DNA from: Takakia lepidozioides
Lineage: Eukaryota; Plantae; Bryophyta
DNA length: 64,000 nt
Assembly (NCBI GenBank): GCA_030704615.1
Contig: CM060731.1
Coordinates: 90,582,001-90,646,000, forward strand
Reading direction: 5' to 3'
Shown: positions 12,681 to 23,389 of the stretch, piece by piece
How positions within the stretch are numbered: position 1 is the stretch's first letter
How the letters are laid out: each line of letters starts with the position of its first letter
Position numbers and translations under genes: made by a program
Notes under the pieces: generated by a model
What the model was told of the DNA's origin: nothing
Seen by the model: only the letters and a program-made list of their open reading frames with translations
Databases searched by the model: none

Positions 12681-12733
12681 CCGCTCATGCTCATGCCGCT
12701 CATGCTCATGCCGCTCATGAAATAGCAGCCCCC
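12681..12733 (-). repeat. Right TIR
   Basis: ccgctcatgctcatgccgctcatgctcatgccgctcatgaaatagcagccccc. Confidence 0.85.
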
Positions 12734-12741
12734 CAACATAT

Positions 12742-13330
12742 TACCCACAGGGTAATGGACAGGCAAAGGCTACCAACAAAATACTATGTACTATCTTGGC
12801 TAAGATAGTCAATGCAAACAGAACGGATTGGGATACAAAGCTGCTGACAGCTTATGGTCATACAGGACTTCGTATAAAGTCACCACAAAGTATACACCAT
12901 TCCAATTAGTTTATGGTATGGAAGCCTTACTTCCAGTGGAATTCCTGTTACCTACCATGAGAACGGAGTGGGGAAAAAGAATGGAATTGCAAGACTCCAT
13001 CAAGGTCAGGAAACATGAATTATACCATGTGGAAGAAGTACGTGCTGATGCAGCTGATAATATGACCAGAATTCAGATGAAGCGAAAGGAACAGTTTGAT
13101 GAAGGCAAGTTAAAGACTTTTAAGACGGGGGATTTGGTTCTATGGTTGCAAAAGAAAGGAAAGATTCAAGCTTCTAAGCTTAAATCACCATGGAAATGAC
13201 CTTATGTCATACAAAAGATGTATGATAACAACACAGCCATGTTACAAACCATTAACAAAGAAATGCTGGGAAGAGTCAATGCAAATAAGTTGAAGGGGTA
13301 CAGTGGCATCCATGACAAACCCCTGCAGTA
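12742..13330 (+). pseudogene. Gypsy integrase C-terminal part
   Basis: YPQGNGQAKATNK (expected catalytic E reads K), WSYRTSYK, TPFQLVYG, KLKSPW-x-PY GPY/F-like motif; no chromodomain. Confidence 0.9.
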
Positions 13331-13439
13331 TGATTTGCATGTTGAACAGCAAGAGCAGTCACGGGCTGCACCACTGTTACGAACAGAGTATGGAACACTT
13401 GTAGCTAGGCCCAGTATATATGACCGAGGTGGGCAAAAC

Positions 13440-13695
13440 AAACGTGACACAGCCTATCACAGCCCAGCAAGGCGCAACACAGCCTATCACATCACACGCC
13501 CATCACGGCGTTACACAGCCTACACACAGCCAGCCCATCACGCGTGACACAGCCTATCACAAACCTACACAACAGCAGCGTGTCACAGCCTATCACAACC
13601 TACCGCAGCGTGTCACAGCCTATCACAGCTTACCACAGTGCAACACAGCCTATCACAGGGTAACACAGTATGACACACACGCCTGTCACAGCTCA
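13440..13695 (+). repeat. Degenerate ACAGCCTATCAC tandem repeat after pol
   Basis: About 8 imperfect copies, related to the LTR CACAGCC repeats. Confidence 0.8.
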
Positions 13696-14397
13696 ACACC
13701 CCTACTAAAGTTACACCATCCAAAGAATCAGTGGCAAGTGGACACATAATAACTTCAGGAAAATGGATGACGGAAGAGGAAACGGAAATTACTTTAAAAA
13801 TAGACACGTGGAGGTCAGGGTGCGACACACAGCAGAGAATGAAGTGCAAGGAGAGGTGTCAAAAGAAAAGAGAAAAGAACGGCCGTCAAATGGGATGAAA
13901 GGCGGGCCCATTAATGAATACGGAAAAAGGGAAACAGAACGAACGGCAAGTACAGAAAAACTGAATTCATGTCGCATGTGTGATCCTAGTGGACTATCCA
14001 ACAGGGAAAGTCCACTAAAGAAGATAAAAGTTAAATAAAAATCCCATTCACACACAGCGGATACAGCCAATAGAAACCAGAGAAATGATCAAGAAAATGG
14101 AGGGAATTGAGCGCAAGAGGCGGCGTCGTTCTGAGTAACGGGCGTCTCGACAGGACAGGCCATAAATGCTATAACTTGGAAACTATGGAGGAACTAACAG
14201 ACTATACGCTCGCAATATTACTTACGCAATGGCAGAGACACGAAACGAAGAGCAGAGCTTTTCTCTTGAACAATGCTTGCAAGCCCCGCAGGCTTACAAA
14301 GATTACCCATAGCTTTCTGCGGCAACCATACGTTTCTGCTTTGTGCACTACAGGCATTCCTGCAGTGTTACAGCCAAAGCAGTTCTGTGAGTCTAAG

Positions 14398-16589
14398 ATG
14401 AAGAGAGTGAGAGGAATGGAGGAAATCAGGGTGAAGAGCACCACAATTCTGCAGAAACAAACGATGGCTACCCCACAGGCGATAAAGATACTGAAGGAGC
14501 TGAGATTGGAAGGATTGCAAAGCATGGATTGGACACTACACCATAGACAGTACATGTTACAATTTTTGCAGAACTTTGAGCCAAAGACAGGAACAACAAC
14601 GGTGAAGGGAGTTGAATTAATGATTACTCCCCTATACCTCCAGCAATTGTTTCGATTGCCAGCAGGTCATGTGTATGTGGAGGAAACAGAGAAAGACTGC
14701 AAATAGGGGATTTATTCCAAGAAGGGAGTTTCTTTAAAACTCAGGGTTATGCTTGTACCAAAGCTGTGTACCCAGGGTTAAAAGACATAGGCCAAGTATT
14801 GAACGTTCTGATTGCCCTGAAACAGAACCAACAATATTTGAGCAGATCCTTCACAGAGGAAATCCTCAAAGGCTTGAAGGGACAAGAGGTACAATGGGCG
14901 GACATAATGTACAACGCACTGGTAGAGGAGATGAAAAGATTACAAGGTACTACCGCAAAATCTCCTATCATAGTGTCTGGCCCAATCATTGCTCAAATAA
15001 TCCTTAGTTCTGGCATACTTAATGCACAAGAAAGGAAGGAAATGGGAGTGTTTGAGCCAGAAAACAACTGCAATGGAAGAGCAAGGCTCTTCACACAGTG
15101 AGGGTGGACTAGCAGCACAACCAGAGACTAAGAGGCAGAGAAGGGGAAAGACTGTAGTGGCAGATCCACTGGCTTCACGGATTCCGCATGATAATGTTTC
15201 CCAAGCTCATGACCAGGAAGGGGCACAGCAGCACACAAAAGAATGTTATTACTTACTGGAAGCAGGACCTTCAGAGAGGGAGGAAGAAGTTACTTCTGCA
15301 TCACAACCACACACAGCCACTTGAACGACTTGTCACAAGGTCACAAGTTATCCATGCAGCTCAACCGAAATAATTGATTTGGAAAGTGAAGGGATAGATA
15401 TTCCAACTACAGAACAGATAGTGGCGGAAATAGAGAAAGGGGACCTTCTCTATGAATATTCTGGTCTGGTCAAGCAGACAGAAATCCCAGAGGTGCAACA
15501 GTTGCCCAAGAGAAATCCTGAGGTACATATAATGCACACACCTGTGTCGGAGGTACCACAGGCGGAAGGCCATGACACTGTAGCACCGGTCATAAATGAA
15601 GTAGTTCAGGAAGAAAATCCGGTGGGACAATGGTCTGAATGGTTAGTGAGACATCATACTGTTGAAGATCGGGAGGAACAGCAGCAACCTCACCATGATG
15701 ACCCTCAACAGGCAATGCTGATGAGTTCCATAGGCAGGACACTTAATTTGTTGGGGACTTATGTCAAAACCCATGTTCCAATTACCCAATTGACAGCCTT
15801 GAAAGAAGAACTCAGGAAGGAGTTTGAGGCTCGACTTGCCACTGAGTGTGCAAACAAGGTCGATGAAGAGGTCACTCTCAAGATGAAGCAGGACTTGGCC
15901 AATACAGAAATGGCTTTGCAATTGGCCAAGCAACAATTGATTGAGGCAGGCCTCGCGCAAGACCAGTTGCACGAAGCACATAAGCAACAGCTATACCAAA
16001 TGCAGGTGCAGCATGAAAGCAAGTTGCAAGAACTGAATGCACTACATACGGAGTTGCAGACAGTGCATAACAGGACAGGATGGCGATACAATGCGCTACA
16101 TTTACAACTATGCTTGACCAATCAACAAAAGAAATAAACAGTCAAGCGGAAAAATGTACGAAGGCAGAAGAAGAGAATGTGGAGCACATGAAGCTCATTG
16201 TCGATATGAAGAATACAATCTGTCGCAATGAAGATACTTTCAAGCAATACAGGCAGATGGAAGCTGAGCAAGAGAAATACATCGTGGAGTTGCAACAAAC
16301 CATCGTGGAGTTGCAACAAACCATCGTGGCCAATAGAAATGAAATCGCGGTCAGTAACAAGGCTTCGAAAGAAGCCAATAATCTACTTGCTGCCTATGCG
16401 CAATTGGTTGAGCCACAGGCGAAGCGCATGAAGGCTTTACAACAGCAGTTGGAATTGTATAAGCTAAGAGAGGAGCAAACTCTCAGGGGAACCACAAGCA
16501 GCTTGGTGGATAACAGCCTTATGCAGGTCTGGTTAGCACAAGGGCCAGTAGAGGCAAAGCCCCACGGAAGCTCACCCAAAGCGAGATGA
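14398..16589 (+). pseudogene. Extra Gypsy ORF2 (~730 aa when indels are corrected), coiled-coil-rich C-terminal half, unknown function
   Basis: Chained ORFs 14107, 14766, 15022, 15379 and 16080; the second copy restores the frame at ~15062 (EPETTAMEEQ); E/Q/K/L heptad-rich C-terminus. Confidence 0.65.
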
Positions 16590-17985
16590 ATGAGCTTAGA
16601 CTGCAGGTGCAGAACATTGCCACAACTACTATAGACAATGTCTATAGTAGGATAGCAGAGTTACAAGAGGATGTAGACGGACTCCAGACTCAAGTGGAAG
16701 ACCTCACTTCAAACATCGACCAAAGAGTCTATATCCCTCAGGAACAGCTAATGGCTTCTTATTTGCAAGCCAGAACTCTGGCTTTTCAGTCTTCACAGGA
16801 GGTGCAGGAGATGCCAATGGTACAGGAACCAGTACCACCACCCCACAACAGGTCAGTGTACCAGTAGCTGAACCTGTGGTTACTACAACCACACCACAGC
16901 CACCAGCCAGCCGGAGGTATGGGGCAATGCAGCTTTTAAACCCACCCTAAAACTCCAGCTGCCAGGGAATACAGTAGGGCTATGATTATGCCCTTCAACC
17001 AAATTCCCATCATGTTGGATTTGGCTTGGAAAGATTTAGTCCTCCGCAGTCATTCGCACATTACTACCAAATCATGCGTATTTGGCTGCCAGTGGCAACC
17101 AGGACTAAAGTTCTTCCAAACAATCGACATATTGAAGATCATCACTTTGCACAATACTGGCACGAGGCAGGTACCATGTTGAGGGAATTGGTTGCTTTCC
17201 AGGTTGTACATGGACTCATTTATACCAAGACCAAGGAGATAGCAAGTATTGTCATGGGGTGCGGGCTATACTACGCTGCTTGTTTTCTGATACGTTACCA
17301 CAGAGAGTTGAGCAACAAAATGCAAGCACGCTTTCAAAGTTACTCCAGTGGATTCATTGGGTATTACCTTCGGTGCCACCTCATATGTACCTATATGACC
17401 CAAAAGTTATGATACAGAAGGATTCTCAAATTCGTTCATGGTTTCAAGCAGCCTGCAACAATTTGTCAACACAGAAATTTCGGACTTGATGACATTTTCT
17501 ATAAGGGACATATCGCATGGAAATACTTGCACGCTGCACCAGTAATTGGTACCCCACTCATCTGGACAGACAAGGGAGCTCAGTGTCTACACCAATTTTG
17601 CTGTTCAACGGTTACACCAGGTGGTAAAATGCAAACTTCCAGACATGGTAGGACAGCATTGTATGCCCAGATGATTCCAAAAAAGTTCGAAAATTAAAAC
17701 ACCTGAGAGGCGATGAGGATTCTGATACAACTGTTTCTTCACAGAATTCTTTTGACATGGGAGAAGACTATGCAATCAGATGGAAGAGAAGAAACAAAGG
17801 GATCTCCTATGCCGGAAAGATTACCTCGAATCAACCTCCCTCCAGAAGGCCTCACTTATCCAGGTAGTGATCAACCATCTCCATCAACCAGAGACAAGAC
17901 TCGGGCTCGTACACACAGCCCACCACGAAACTCTCAACGTCAACAAGGTGCTCACTCACAAAGGTTTGCTACTCGGAAACAGTAA
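16586..17985 (+). pseudogene. Extra Gypsy ORF3 (~460 aa when corrected), unknown function
   Basis: Chained ORFs 16586, 16982, 17026, 17259 and 17713, ending just before the PPT; homologous peptides in the inverted copy 24426-25810. Confidence 0.6.
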
Positions 17986-18005
17986 ACCGTGAGGACACGG
18001 CTTTT

Positions 18006-18020
18006 TGAGGGGGGAAGGGG
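18006..18020 (+). other. Polypurine tract
   Basis: GAGGGGGGAAGGGG 3 nt before the LTR start TGTTTAG. Confidence 0.85.
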
Positions 18021-18023
18021 TAA

Positions 18024-19042
18024 TGTTTAGAGGACTGTAGGGGACTTAGACACTTATACGGGATCTGTAGGGTACCCTTAATTTTTGCACAGACTGAGAC
18101 AAACAGGAACCTTAGGGGTGACAGCAGCGCACTGTAGAGGGGGGTTACATAGCCCACACAGCCGACACAGCAGTCACAGCCCACACAACCAACACAGCCC
18201 GTCACAGTCGTCACAGCCCACACAGCCGTCACAGCCCACACAGCCCGTCACAGTCGTCACAGCCCACACAGCCCACACACACACACAGTCACACACCACA
18301 GCCCACACAGCCCGTCACAGTCGTCACAGCCCCACACAGCCCACACAGCCAGTCACACCCGCACAGCCACACACACCAGTCACAGCCCGACACAAACCAA
18401 CACAGCCAGTCACCGCTTGACACAGCTGTCACGATAATAGGGAACGAAGAGTAGGACAGGGAACGACTGTGGGGAACAACACTGTGAAGAAAACATTAAT
18501 TCACATACGACGGTTAGAGAGGGAAACGGTTAGAACCGCGGATAGGAGGATAAAGGGAAGAACGGGAATGATGAGGGGATCATTATTCGGGGAGACTTCG
18601 GAGACAGGCGGGAGCGGAATCGGAGAGCACGATGAAGGAGAAAGAGGATTAGTAGATGCTTGTTATATGCAAAGCTATAGTGATATATAGGAAGGAAGAA
18701 TAGAGACATAATGGCTTCGGCCTGATACCTGATAAATCATAATCTGATACTTATACGATACAATCACACTTTGTAGAGAGATCTGAGTGAAGCTGTGGAT
18801 TGAATGGAGGAGTTAAGGAAACCGATAAATTGATGAAGCAAACTGATACTTAATTATCAATGGTAAGGTAGCTAAGATGAATGCGGAAAAGGAAACAAAT
18901 AGGAAACACCCCCATGATACACTAGCTGTAGGTCATGACTGATTGTTCTGCGCGGGCTGAGTACTTAGAGATTTCCAACTCTTCTATCTTGGAGTTTCCG
19001 CCTCGGATAGCGAAGGGATGGGTGAGTAAAAGCCGCGCGACA
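18024..19042 (+). repeat. 3' LTR (~1.02 kb) with internal CACAGCC-type tandem repeats (18150-18430)
   Basis: TGT...ACA ends; similarity to 23390-24386 stops exactly at CGCGACA. Confidence 0.9.
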
Positions 19043-20146
19043 AGGAGGCCGAGGAGTATGTCAAGACATGCACCACATACCAACAAAACCGAACGAGTAC
19101 AAAAAGCAAACGGGGCTGTTACAACCTTTACCAATTCCAGAGGGGTCTTGGGAGACTATCTCAATGGATTTCATGACTGCTTTGCCACTGTAAAAAAAAT
19201 TCGATGTGATCATGGTGGTGGTGGATAGGTTCAATAAAATGGGCCATTTCATCCCCATTAAGGAGACGGCAATGGCGCAGGGAATGAGGCAACTGTACTT
19301 CACCCACGTCTTCAAGCATCATGGACTCCCAAAGGATATTGTCTCGGACCGCAATCAAAAGTTTTTAAGTAAATTTTGGAGGGCAATTTGGAAGAAGATG
19401 GGGATGAGGCTCAAGACGAGCACGACCTTCCGACCTACAACAGACGGCCAAACGGAAAGAGTAAACTTCGTGGTGAAGCAGCTCTTGTGGAACGGGGGCT
19501 TCCCCTTTCGTATTGGTCTATGGGAAAGCATCTCTAGTGCCCACGAGTTGGGCCGCCTATGACGGTGAGGAGCCGGCAACAACAGCGGTGTTGGAAGAAC
19601 GCGAACGATTGTTGGAGCTCGCAAAGTACAACATTGCCAAAGCTAGGAAATGCTATGAGCGGCAGGCAAATCGGAAGCGGAGGGAAGTTAAGTTTGAGGC
19701 AGGCACGGAGGTCTGGTTGAACATAAAGAATTTTCGACTACCTCCGGAAGTGAGTCCGAAGTTCGTACCTCTGTATGCGGGGCCTTTTCGCATCCGGAAG
19801 GTTATGAATGAGGATGTGTACGAATTGAAGCTGCCGGCCGACAGCAAGGTGCCTCCGGTATTCCACGTTTCTTTTTTGAAGTCTTACTTTAAAGATGAAG
19901 CGCGTCCGAATCGCATCAAGTGTTGCGTCCGCCACCTGTGCTATTGGATCGTGAAATGAACCTGAGTATGAGGTGGAGGCAGTGCCTAAGTCGAGGAGGT
20001 TCAAGAATCGAGAAACAGAGTATTTCGTGAAATGGAAGGGCTATCATCAAGTGGAGGCAACTTCGGTGCGTGCCTCAGAAATGGGAAACGCACCCGAGGC
20101 GGTTGCAACTTTCGAAGGGCGACCTCAAAAGCGGAAGAAGCGTTGA
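19043..20146 (+). pseudogene. Chromoviral Gypsy integrase 3' part with chromodomain
   Basis: LQPLPIP, SMDF, IVSDRN, TDGQTERVN, YAGPF, PVFHVS, then YEVEA...YFVKWKGY; PPT-like gtgggggaggaaa at 20167-20179 followed by probable LTR sequence. Confidence 0.88.
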
Positions 20147-21779
20147 TGGGGACATCAACCTTGATCGTGGGGGAGGAAATGCATGCTTAGTCCGGCTTAG
20201 CTAGCTCAGGAATCCGATTGCAAAGACTTGTGTTGTATAAATTTTGATTATAAATGAAATGGTTTCCAAATGATGTGTGTCCTATTTTGTTTGGAATGGT
20301 GATGCATGGTATTGTTGGCTAGTGTGTAGAATGCATGCTAGCTTACAAAAGTGGGAGAGGTAAATGGATTAATCGTGTGTTTGCGCAGCGTCGAAATCGG
20401 GTGACTCCCATCCAAGGGGCAAGGAAACTTGCGCCTTCTTTGGGAGTTCACGTGCTAGTGCGCACCTGGCGCGCGCACGTACTATAACTGCACTACCGAG
20501 GGAGTTGCCTTGTAGTGCGGGCTAACGGGAAGCTACGTGCTTCTGTTCACGTACTATAATCGTGTAGCCTCGGGACGAGGTCGTACTAGTGCGGCTTCGG
20601 CATGTTCCCGTACCTCAGGCCAGCATTCCAAGGCAGACACAATTGTAGTGATTGGGGCACACGGTTGGTTCAAGGTTATCTTCCTAGTCAAAAAGGGCTT
20701 AAGGTGAACCCTTGCTCAAGGTGATGCCAAAAAAAACAGCATCATGAGCGGTCGCAAGCAATGTTGTTGCAGTAAGGCGAATCAATCCTCGAGGAGGATC
20801 GTTCTTTGGCCTTGAAGTGGGCCAAGAAGAGTGCACTGGGTGGAGCTCGAGAGGCTCCACCCTTGGCCGAGACTTGGAGGAAGTCCGCCGAACTAGCTAG
20901 TGGGGAGTAGAGTCAAGTGGGGGTTTGGTTCTTTGCCATGGGATGCCATGGTACGGAAACAAACTCCTTGATGGGGGACGCCACAACTTGGATGTTAATT
21001 TCCACAAAAACAGACAAGTCGATGAGGACATCGACTCCTCGTTGATAGGGGTGTGTGTCGCGGCCCTTGAGGGTGAGGGGTCGGGACACAAGAGGGGCTG
21101 CCCCTGTGGTGGGGGTAGCGGTAGCAAAATCGGGAATAGGGCTAAGCACCCTTGAGTGTTGAAGGCACTCAAGGAGGTGGAGGTGCTCACTAGGTGGAGC
21201 CCCGGCGCCAATAGGGTTGCGGTGGGGGGTCTCTGTGGGTGGTGGTGGGGTGGGGAATCGTAGTGGGGGTGGCATAGGACTCACCATGAGGCTGAGGCCT
21301 TTTGGTGGGAGTCGTGGGGAGTCTTGGGACTCACCACGGTCCATTGGGGACGTGGTAGGTGGGCCAAGCCTCACCGCAGCTCATCACAAGGACAGTCGAG
21401 GGTCCAAGTGGTGGTGCACCAAATTTGGACTTGGCTACTTGTGGAACCCCCACGGACACCTACAGAAGTATATATAGGGAGTAGTAACCCCGAGAACGGT
21501 GCAAGCCCGTTGGTGACCAAAAGCTAGTGAGTAAGCATGCGAGCCGAAAGCCGACCAAGGTTGTGGGAGCTATTCCGGAATGCCATCTACCAAACGGAAT
21601 TTCCACTAGGAGGCCCAAGTGGTGGAGGGTCTTTTGGAGGCGCAAGGGGGACTGTTATACTCCGGTGAGCAGCCGAAGCTCCGAGTTGGCCCGGCGGCCA
21701 GTTTGGGAGTTAGGCGCACACATCAAAGCCAGTAACTATGACTTGAAGGGGAGTTTACCGAAGTGAGGTGTGCGACACA

Positions 21780-23389
21780 TGGGGCCCTAACTCCAAACTC
21801 ATTCAGGAGGTTAAAAGTTAATAGGTGCATCAAAAACTTCAGTTGGGGGCCCCACTCTTCAACACAAAATAAAATACCTCAGGTTTACTGGCACTAGATT
21901 TGCCTACCCAAGAAAATGGGAGGATTAGGTGTCCTTGACCCCCAAACCCAAATCCAAGCGGTGCTTGGTAAATGGCTCCCAAGGTTTCTTGGACCGGAAG
22001 GGGGATGGTGGAAGCTGATGGAAGCCTCAACCATCTCCAACTCCTTTCCACAGCAAAGCTCCACATGGGCTGCCTCCATTCGATGGATAGTTCAAGGCTT
22101 TAACCATAAGTCCTCTGGTTCCCCATTGTGGAGCTCCATACATGGGGAGCCTGGAACTGCTTCAGACCCTTTCTACAAAAGCAAGAACCCTCTACCTTCC
22201 AGGAAATGATGAGGCAGCACCTCTTCCTAAATTCACCTCTCCCCTCCCAGGCAGAAAGAGGAGAGGCCAAAAGATGGGCTGGGTGGGAATCCAGAGGGTT
22301 CTCTACAATTAGGAACCTATGGGAAACCAACCCCATCTCCCTTGAACGGGCTCTAGGCACACGCCGTCTCAGGTTTGGTATCTCAGAGATCATCACATCC
22401 ATCTCAGACTCCTGGAAAATGTTACTTGCTCAAGGACCAGGCCAATTTGGACCTTACCAATGGGTCCTCAGAAACCCACCGGACCTGAATATCCTCTACC
22501 TTACGCAGGCAAATAACATGATTGTCACGGGGTTTCAATTCAGTGCCGACGCCCTCATTGGCTTTCTCAGTTTGCGCTCCAACCAAACAATAATCCACCC
22601 ATCAACCTCGGCTTCCCCAACTTGTATTTGCCTTTGGTCATCTCCCACTAAGATCTTCAACCCGAAAGCCCCCATTGACACACCTACTCTTCCATGGCTA
22701 ACGCGCAACAAATTCACCCTCATTGAGACATTCCGTCTCTGGAACTAGACCCTGCCGAGTGGAAATAGGCATTTGGTAACACCCTCCACCCCTTCTTTAC
22801 CTACTCAGCAAAAAAGCCTATAGAGCTTTGCTGAATGCCAATCCACGTCTTACCAGTAAATGGAATGATCGATGGGGGCATGAATCTTTCAATGATGAAA
22901 ACTAGAAAGGTATCTGGTCCTTGGTATGGGAGAAATCAAAACCAGCGGCCAAGATAAGTGCGTTCCTTTGGCAGGTCGCCAAGAGGGTTCTGAAGGTGGG
23001 CCAATACTTAAACTTTCGGGAGGCCCTTTTGTGCCCATGTTGTTCCATTGGGACCTTTGAGTCCATTGAGCACTGACTCCTCCATTGTCTTGCACCCCAA
23101 TCCATCTGACCCTTGGTGAAAGACTTCTACAGGGTTTGGGACCATTTGCCCTTAGCCCATGTGGCCCTTCTCCTCAACTACAATCAAAGGGGTAAAAAGA
23201 AGGCTTGTTTAATTGCCCGGTCTTCGAGACTCGACTCAGAAGCTTCACCCTATGGAATCTGTGGAAAGCACGTTGTGCCAGGGCCCTCAACAATGACAAT
23301 AGATCAGTTACTAAACTACTCACATTGGTTTTCTTTGATCTCACTGTTGCTGCTAAGAAGGCCTGGACATTATTTTGTGCAGAGGTCAC
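21780..23389 (+). mobile_element. L1-type LINE ORF2 C-terminal fragment (degenerate), cut off by the Gypsy LTR
   Basis: GGLGVLDP...LGKW motif and zf-RVT-like IWSLVW...KISAFLWQV...C...ESIEH...HC. Confidence 0.7.

Larger units (their letters stand above)
4235..12733. mobile_element. Mutator-like (MULE) DNA transposon carrying a cargo ParB-like/amino-MTase gene
   Basis: TSD CAACATAT at 4227-4234 and 12734-12741; termini GAGGTTTGCTATTTCATGAGC and (reverse complement) GGGGGCTGCTATTTCATGAGC; removing the element restores integrase HRKSTTY|YPQGNGQ. Confidence 0.93.
1..19042 (+). mobile_element. Large Ty3/Gypsy LTR retrotransposon (no chromodomain seen; extra 3' ORFs), 5' end outside window, interrupted by a DNA transposon at 4235-12733
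   Basis: Domain order gag-PR-RT-RH-INT; PPT at ~18006-18020; TG...CA 3' LTR 18024-19042, with ends confirmed by the inverted second copy. Confidence 0.93.

Noticed and set aside
4235-12733. hAT classification because of the 8-bp TSD
   Set aside because: The SWIM finger, D-D-CxxH-E spacing and G-starting termini fit MULE; no BED finger or hAT dimerisation motif seen
18085-18420. His/Ser/Thr/Pro-rich ORFs here and at 23986-24387 and 13420-13749
   Set aside because: Translations of CACAGCC-type tandem repeats
19043-23389. Hairpin-read chimera as the explanation for the inverted duplication
   Set aside because: Similarity ends exactly at the LTR terminus, with unrelated flanks and a 4.3-kb unique spacer
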